64,000 nucleotides of DNA from an uncultured Actinomycetes bacterium (GTDB lineage Bacteria > Actinomycetota > Thermoleophilia > RBG-16-64-13). Position numbers and translations under genes: made by a program. Below, piece after piece: positions 58,048-64,000 of this stretch. The stretch covers positions 120,726-184,725 of the forward strand of contig CAWDXC010000009.1 in assembly GCA_963806155.1 (NCBI GenBank), read 5' to 3'. Position 1 is the stretch's first letter, and every line of letters starts with the position of its first letter. A model generated the notes under the pieces. It was not told the origin of the DNA. It ran no database searches and worked only from the letters and a program-made list of their open reading frames with translations.

Positions 58048-58999
58048 CAGCGATCTCCCGCGTCCGAGCCGCCCTGGCGCCCTCGCGGCGCCCGGCGCGC
58101 CCGTCGCGCCGGGGCCCGCGGCGGCGCCCACCGGCGCCAGTACGATCTCGCCCAGGTAGACGTCCATGGCGGTCTTGGCGACCAACTCCCGGCTCTCGTA
58201 CCCGAGCGGCTGTCCACCCTCACGGTGAAGGTCGCACCAGCCGAGAGCCCGTCGAACTCGAAGTCGCCGTAGTTGTCGGCCAGAACGGTGCGGGCCACGG
58301 GCACGCCCGGGAGCCGCCCGAGCTCTGGCCGCCCTCCGTACCGCGGAGCGTGACCTCGGCCCCTTCGCCGCACCCGTCGGTGTCTCCGAAGACCACGGTT
58401 CCGGCCACGAACCTCTTCGGCAGTCCGATGTACGTCACCTTGTCCCCCAGCCCGTATTCGGGATGCAGGGCCTCGGTCCGGCCCGACGAGACCAGCTTGG
58501 CCACCTCGCTCCTGGGATCGTCCAGGTCGCCGAAAACAAGCGCCCGGGTCGGGCACGCTTCCACGCACCGGGGCTCCTTCCAGCCCTTGTCCAGCAGATG
58601 GGCACAGAAGGTGCACTTCTGCGGGATCTGTTTCTCCTCGTTCCAGTAGATGACCCGGTACGGACAACTGTTTGCCAGTTGCTGCTGGTCGACGGCCTTC
58701 TCGGGATCGATCAGAACGATGCCGTCGTCCCGCTTGTAGATGGCTCCGGTCTCCTGGGACGCCTCGAGACACGTTGCGTGCTCGCACTGGAGGCAGGGGA
58801 TGGCCGTGTACGCCACCTTCATCTTCGGGTATTGGCCCCTTTCCTTCTCCACCAGGCGCATCCAGTAGTGCCCGGTCTGGGGCTGGGAAGCGGAGTAGGG
58901 AGGGAAGTCGTTGCCGCAGTACTCGTCCCGGCAGGCCAGGAAGCAGTTGTAGCAGCCGTTGCATCTGGTGACGTCCATCACCATTCCGTACTTCGTCAT
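58047..58999 (-). CDS. athS: Fe-S subunit similar to AthS, with a C-terminal beta-sandwich domain; frameshifts near the 3' end
   Basis: CNGCYNCFLAC, PCLQCEHATC, CPY, KCTFCAH, CVEAC; tail TVLADNYGDFEFDGL matches the AthS C-terminal domain; TGATG coupling to athL. Confidence 0.85.
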
Positions 59000-59228
59000 A
59001 GGCACTGCCCCCCACTTGACTACCCGGCTCCGACGTGGGCAAGGATGCCCAGCCAGCTTACAAGAAAAGGCGGCCGGGAGGTAGAAGACCGCTGGTGGCT
59101 CATCCGCCGCTGCGGCTCGCCCGTGTGAGTCTGGCTCCGTGCTACGCTTGGCCCGTCGGCACTCTGTTCCCGCCTGACACGCTAGCGTTGCGACGAGAGT
59201 TGTCCACCTACGCGGAAAGGAGCATGTG

Positions 59229-60039
59229 ATGGGGGAACTGCACTACGAGACCAGGCATAGGTTGAAGCCTCACGACTTCGCCATCCTGGACAAGTTCGAG
59301 TTCAAATACGCTCCGGTCGGCTTCAAGTTCCTCAATGTCAAAGAGGATCTCGAGGGTCTGGATCTGGAACCACTTTCGGGCACAGGGAAGTACGGCGGTC
59401 ATTCGAAGATGGCCTGGTGTGAGATGCTGCTCGAAGCTCAGCAGGGAAAGGCTTTCTACGCCACTGCGGAGAACCAGTACTGCGAGCCGGGCATCTTCCT
59501 GTCGGGCCATGGCGAGTTAGACCCCCTGGCCGCCGGGGGGCGGATCGGTCCTCCCTTCGACATCTATGCCGACGAGCGCCCCAACAGACGAGTCTATAGC
59601 CACGTCACCGTGCTTGCCCCAGGGTCGACATACGCCACCGCCTTTGCCCCGGTGAGCAGGCTGACCTTCGACCCGGACCTGCTGATCCTCGCCTGCGACA
59701 ACATGGATCAGGGCGAGCGTGTCCTGAGAGCCACCCAATGGGACACGGGCGACATGATCGAGAGCCACATGACCTACGTGATGGGCTGCAACTGGCTCTA
59801 CACCTATCCGTATGTGACCGGCAAGATCAACACTGTCTGGACGGGCGTGTGCCTACGGCATGAAGATGTACAAGCTCTATCCCCCGGGCCTGCCCATCGT
59901 GGTGATCCCCTGGCACCACATGGATAGGGTCCTCAGGAACATGAACGAGATGCCGTGGAGCCTTCCCGGACATACCGATCAGAAAGACGAGGCCTATCAG
60001 AGAGGATACGAGCGGCTGGGAGTCGAGGACATCATCTAG
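59229..60039 (+). CDS. DUF169-family protein; frameshift near 59850
   Basis: PVG.KF, WCEM...A..G..F......C..G, FDPDL and C.W.Y..P...G..N; the corrected frame ends EDII*. Confidence 0.75.
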
Positions 60040-60079
60040 CCGGCGCGCGCCGCTCGGCCCGCCATAGCTCGTTCTTCAC

Positions 60080-61275
60080 CTAGTCCACGAACATCCTCAA
60101 AGCCTGCTCGATCAACTGTTGCACGTGCCCGTCGTCATCTTCCCGAGTGCGGCCGAGTAGGCCCTCGCGCCAGCGGGTGGGAAGCGACTTCTCGCCGTGA
60201 AGCGCCCCCGCAGCCGCGCCTACGATGGCGGCCACGGTGTCGTTGTCCTTGGTGTCGTTCACCGCGCGCACGATCGCTTCTTCGGGATCTCCCCCATGGC
60301 GGGCCAGTATATGGAGGACGCAGGGCACCGTCTCCAGTAGGTAGGCGCCCGAGTACCAGCGCTCCGTCGCCGCCAGAACGCTCTCGCCCCCGTCGATGGC
60401 CGGGAGTACCTCTTGCTCGACCCGCTCGCACAGGCTGCCCCGGAAACCATCTCCGGGGACCCTCGAGCGATAAAGGGCGCCGCCGGCACCTCGGGTGCCG
60501 CCGCCGCACCTCGGACGGCGCCGGTGGCCGCGACCGGGGCGGCCTCCGCCGGCCGCGCATAGCGGAGGAACGTCTCCGGCCACCAAGGGGCGGGAGGGGT
60601 CCCGCCCTCCGGCCAGGTCAGGCACTCCGCCAGAAGTCCGACGAAACCCACACTCGCCACCACGGCAGCCTCGTCTCGGTGTGTCAGGACCGTGGCCGCC
60701 ACCACGTCGACCCACAGGGCCTCGGTCATGCTCCGCAGGTGCGGAAGAAGCACGGGGGCGATGCGCATGAGAGCGCCGTTGCCCGCACTCGGCTGCCCGG
60801 CCTCGAACCAGGCCTTGCTCCCAAACCGGTAGGCGAGCAGAAAGTCGGTCACCGTGCTCCCGATACCAAAGATCCGGTGCTGCCGGGTGAAGGTCTCAGC
60901 GAGATCGGCCGGGTCGAGGTATCCGCGACGCAGTAGTGACTCCAATGTCCAGAAGGATAGCTGGCTATCGTCGGAAGGAAGCCCGACCGGCAGCATCTCT
61001 TCCCGGCGATTGGGCAGATAGTCGCGGACCTCTCCGTGGACCCGGCGCCTCTCTACCGGTCTCATGCCCTCGCTGGTGTTCCCGAGGGAGTCTCCGATGG
61101 CCAGGCCCAGGAGCATGCCCCGGATCCGATCCCGCGGCACTTCCGCACCCGCCGCCGCGGCGCCCGTCCGGACAGGCGCGGGCGGGACAGGGATCGAGCG
61201 GCCTACCCAGGGCAGCAGCGCCTGCCACTCCGCTTCGGAGTAGTGATAGGCAGCCAGGGAGCGTCTGTCGATCAT
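60080..61275 (-). CDS. ADP-ribosylglycohydrolase family protein; frameshift near 60475
   Basis: GLAIGDSLG, SDDSQL, SAGNGALMRIAP, TH and D.DT.AAI.GA..GA.HG. Confidence 0.9.
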
Positions 61276-61388
61276 CCCGATACCTCTCTGGGGCGGGTCG
61301 CCGACCCGGTCCCGGGCACCGCCGACTCCGCCAGCACCCTTTCCACAGCTTCCCGGTTCTTCCAGAGCGCGCACCCGCCGCCGACATA

Positions 61389-61844
61389 CTACGACAACTC
61401 CGACAGGGCGCGCAGGCCGACGTCGGCGACGCCCGGCTCCCCTCCCCCTGTGTGCGCGGTGATATCCCACTCACCCCAGCGACGCACGATCCGTCGCTCC
61501 CGCACTTCGATGATCTCTATGCCGGAAACGGGCGTCTTCCGCCAGGTGGGGCCCACGCCCATGAAGGCTTCACTGTTCGTCCCCTCCGCGGACCAGCGCA
61601 CCGCGACCCGGCCGGCGGTCTCGTCCACCACCAGATCCTCGACCCTGGTCTGCAGATCGGGAAAGATGCGCACCAGTTCGGCGAGGGCGGTGGCAAAGGC
61701 CTCCTTGCCGGCAGCCCGACCCGCTGCCGAGCGATCCTCGAAATCCGGGGAGTGGAGCCGGTCGAACAGCTGCCAATCCACCGGAGCGCACCAAAGCGAG
61801 ATCCATTGCTCGGCGATCTCTTCTAATTCTGCGCGGTGCGACAT
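61389..61844 (-). CDS. SnoaL-like ester cyclase/NTF2-fold protein
   Basis: FPDL...VEDL.......VA.RW...GT....F.GV.PT......G. Confidence 0.88.
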   Translation of the reverse strand: MSHRAELEEIAEQWISLWCAPVDWQLFDRLHSPDFEDRSAAGRAAGKEAFATALAELVRIFPDLQTRVEDLVVDETAGRVAVRWSAEGTNSEAFMGVGPTWRKTPVSGIEIIEVRERRIVRRWGEWDITAHTGGGEPGVADVGLRALSELS

Positions 61845-62071
61845 GAGGCCCCCGCGTCGGCTGTTCTCACAGTCGCGGTCTCGGTGATCCGGGGTTACCT
61901 CTTATCCTACTCCCTCTCTGTCCGTTGCGCCGCTCGAGGATCCCCGCTCACATCCGAGCCCCGAGGGGAGAAACTGCGCTGGAGTAAGTGCCCCCGATAG
62001 CCGATAGAATGTACGTGGATAGGTCACTCCCCACGCCCGGGTGCTGGACCTGGGTCTAACAAGGAGCCATC

Positions 62072-63121
62072 ATGCGTAGGCTGTCGCTAGTCTTACTGGT
62101 CGTCGCGGCCCTCCTCGTCGTACCTGGAGCCGCCGGATGCGGCACCGCCGCCCAGACGGCCGGCGTGTCCCCAGCCGACTCGTCGGACCTCTCCCCCGAA
62201 GCCATTCTCACTGCGGCCGTCGCCGCTTCTGAGGAGATGACCAGCGCTCAGGGTAGTTACGAGTTCAACGTGTCGTTCGATGTCGACACCAGCCAGTTGC
62301 CCGACGAAGCGCTGGCGATGGTCGACCAGCCCATGACGGTCGCCGGCACCTTCGCGTACGGCGACGAACCGCAGGCGGCCGAGTTCACCGTCTCCGCCGA
62401 CCTGGCCGGACAAGCCATGGACATGGGGATGAAGCTTCTGGAGGACAAAGCCTGGTTCCGTTTCCTGGACCAGTGGTACGAGGCACCCGCCGAGATGCAG
62501 GGACTCATGGGTGACCCCACCGCGCAGGAGACTCAAGCGGCTGAAGTGCAGCAGATGCTGACCGACGCGGGCATCGACCCGATGACCTGGATGAAGGACC
62601 TGCGGCTGGTCGGCGAAGAGACGCTCGACGGCATCGCGGTCTACCACCTGGCCGCCTCGCCGGATGTGGCCAAGATCATGACCGACTTGATCACGCTGAT
62701 GCAGAGCGAGCAGTTCACGAAGCTTCTCGATCCCACGGGCTCCTCGAGCGGTCTCATGGGAGAGGGGATAGGGCTGCCCGGCGCCGAGGAACTGCAGGAG
62801 ATGCAGACGCAACTGACGTCGATGTTCCAAAACCTCACAGCCGACCTCTGGATCGCCACGGAAGACTCCATGCTGCGGAAGGCCGCCATCGGAGCGAGCC
62901 TGGTGCCACCCGCCGGTGAGGACGCCCAGGGTCTGAACGGCATAGACATCGCCGCCACGATGCTGTTCCAGGCGGTGAACCAACCAGTGACCGTGGAGCC
63001 GCCGGCTTCCGCCCTTCCCTGGTCAGAATTCGAAAAGGCCATGCAGGAGAACGCGGGGATGTTCGGGGGCATGTTCTCGGGCGCCCTCGGAGGCACCGGC
63101 ACGTCGACCGGGACCAACTGA
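62072..63121 (+). CDS. Lipoprotein, LppX/LprAFG-like
   Basis: Lipobox AAGC; G.E..DG...YH, LWI......LRK and NQPV.VEPP. Confidence 0.75.
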   Translation: MRRLSLVLLVVAALLVVPGAAGCGTAAQTAGVSPADSSDLSPEAILTAAVAASEEMTSAQGSYEFNVSFDVDTSQLPDEALAMVDQPMTVAGTFAYGDEPQAAEFTVSADLAGQAMDMGMKLLEDKAWFRFLDQWYEAPAEMQGLMGDPTAQETQAAEVQQMLTDAGIDPMTWMKDLRLVGEETLDGIAVYHLAASPDVAKIMTDLITLMQSEQFTKLLDPTGSSSGLMGEGIGLPGAEELQEMQTQLTSMFQNLTADLWIATEDSMLRKAAIGASLVPPAGEDAQGLNGIDIAATMLFQAVNQPVTVEPPASALPWSEFEKAMQENAGMFGGMFSGALGGTGTSTGTN

Positions 63122-63153
63122 CAGAGACCACGCCTGAACGCGACTGCCTGTTG

Positions 63154-63186
63154 GCGGCCACGGCCCTCGGCCGTGGCCGCTTCTTT
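63154..63186 (+). terminator. Intrinsic terminator
   Basis: 12-bp stem GCGGCCACGGCC-ctc-GGCCGTGGCCGC followed by TTCTTT. Confidence 0.75.
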
Positions 63187-63200
63187 CATGGGCAGGGCCG

Positions 63201-64000
63201 TCAGGGAAGCGGGAGCCCTTGGGCGATGAGATCCCGGACCTGCTCCATGCTTTGTTGGTTCACCATCACGATGCCTCGGAATGGTCTATCGAAATCCAGG
63301 ATGATGAAGATCACCGCGGCCACTACGAACGCGATCACCACTTCGGCGACGAAGGATCGACCTCCGCTGACCCCGGAGGCATAGCCCATGATCCCCAACA
63401 TCGCGAGTGCGACCACGAAGATCAAGTACAGCACCGGCTCGGGCACGTAGTTGCGCAGCCCGGCCTCCCGTCGCCCCGCCGCGTCGATCATCTCGTTGAG
63501 GGCCTCCAAGTAGATACCGTAGGTCACGGCCCTCTTGTCCAGCTCCGCCGCGGACACGCCCAACGACCACAGCTGTTGCTGCAGGGCGGTCGCCCTCTCC
63601 TGAAGGCCGGAGGCCTCGCTCAGATACCGCTCGGGACTGGCCAGTTGAAGGCGGATGTCCACGTACTGCGCGAAAGCCGCGACCGAAATGGTCCTCTGCG
63701 GCTCCGGTAGCAGGTCCGTCCGCAGGTACGCGGTGCCGATCGCGTTCGCCTCATCGACGACCGCCAGTTTGCGCGATTCGAAGCGATCGACCGACATCGA
63801 GACGGTGAAGGCGAGCAAAAGACCGAGGAGAGCGGCTATAGCCGCTTGGGCCGAGCCAAGATGGTCCTTCTTGTATTTGGCCCGGGCGGCGCTTTCTGCC
63901 TCACCCGCAGAGTCCCCCCGCCCGGCGATGTGCCGCTTGCCCAGCCTATACCCGCCCTCGGCCGCGAGGAAGCAGACCGCGAAGATGACCACCGCGACGA
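63201..64000 (-). CDS. DUF4239-like membrane protein, 5' end outside the window
   Basis: LLGLLLAFT.S....RF..R...V.DEANAIGTAYLR and DFDRP..G...V. Confidence 0.85.
   Translation of the reverse strand, partial: VAVVIFAVCFLAAEGGYRLGKRHIAGRGDSAGEAESAARAKYKKDHLGSAQAAIAALLGLLLAFTVSMSVDRFESRKLAVVDEANAIGTAYLRTDLLPEPQRTISVAAFAQYVDIRLQLASPERYLSEASGLQERATALQQQLWSLGVSAAELDKRAVTYGIYLEALNEMIDAAGRREAGLRNYVPEPVLYLIFVVALAMLGIMGYASGVSGGRSFVAEVVIAFVVAAVIFIILDFDRPFRGIVMVNQQSMEQVRDLIAQGLPLP

Noticed and set aside
41547-62983. Long antisense ORFs (for example 41547-43088, 46954-48270, 50309-51601, 54749-55747, 62093-62983)
   Set aside because: Shadow frames of well-supported genes, expected in high-GC DNA; no motifs or RBS support.
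1-64000. Prophage or ICE
   Set aside because: No integrase, terminase, capsid, relaxase or T4SS genes; the holin-like domain is part of an enzyme fusion.

Overview
High-GC bacterial chromosomal window, most likely Actinomycetota. A Thermoleophilia-like anaerobe is my inference from the CGAAC-N4-GTTCG SOS boxes, the PASTA protein, Thr-rich lipoproteins and the Mo/Fe-S enzymes. I found no rRNA, tRNA, CRISPR array, integrase or transposase. Layout: (1) 0-13 kb: membrane and stress genes (MBL hydrolase, YihY, a kinase-less six-PASTA protein, DUF1269, DUF4239, a holin-like/phosphodiesterase fusion, two META lipoproteins, a SHOCT protein, rpiA). (2) 13-37 kb: an accessory, partly eroded region with a stand-alone SOS-controlled dnaE2 carrying three large in-frame non-intein insertions, an ECF sigma/anti-sigma pair, a PadR + HAAS/sensor operon, a nuclease-DUF2075 helicase, several gene stubs, and six of the window's seven toxin-antitoxin loci (the seventh is at 53 kb; five of the seven are damaged). 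(3) 38-50 kb: FAD oxidoreductase, USP and a LuxR + LIV-type ABC importer + amidohydrolase module. (4) 50-64 kb: a second copy of a MacB-type ABC exporter, rhodanese, a pyrogallol-transhydroxylase-like (AthS/AthL) molybdoenzyme operon with TatD-like and MoaF-like genes, DUF169, ADP-ribosylglycohydrolase, SnoaL-like protein and a lipoprotein. Best leads: a 34-bp promoter/operator (29/34 identical) shared by the padR operon and ABC exporter copy 1; the insertion-laden DnaE2; and an AthL homolog that keeps the Mo ligand but appears to lack two active-site tyrosines. Many genes carry single-base frameshifts, often at homopolymers, which are probably sequencing errors, so coordinates of frameshifted genes are reconstructed by hand.
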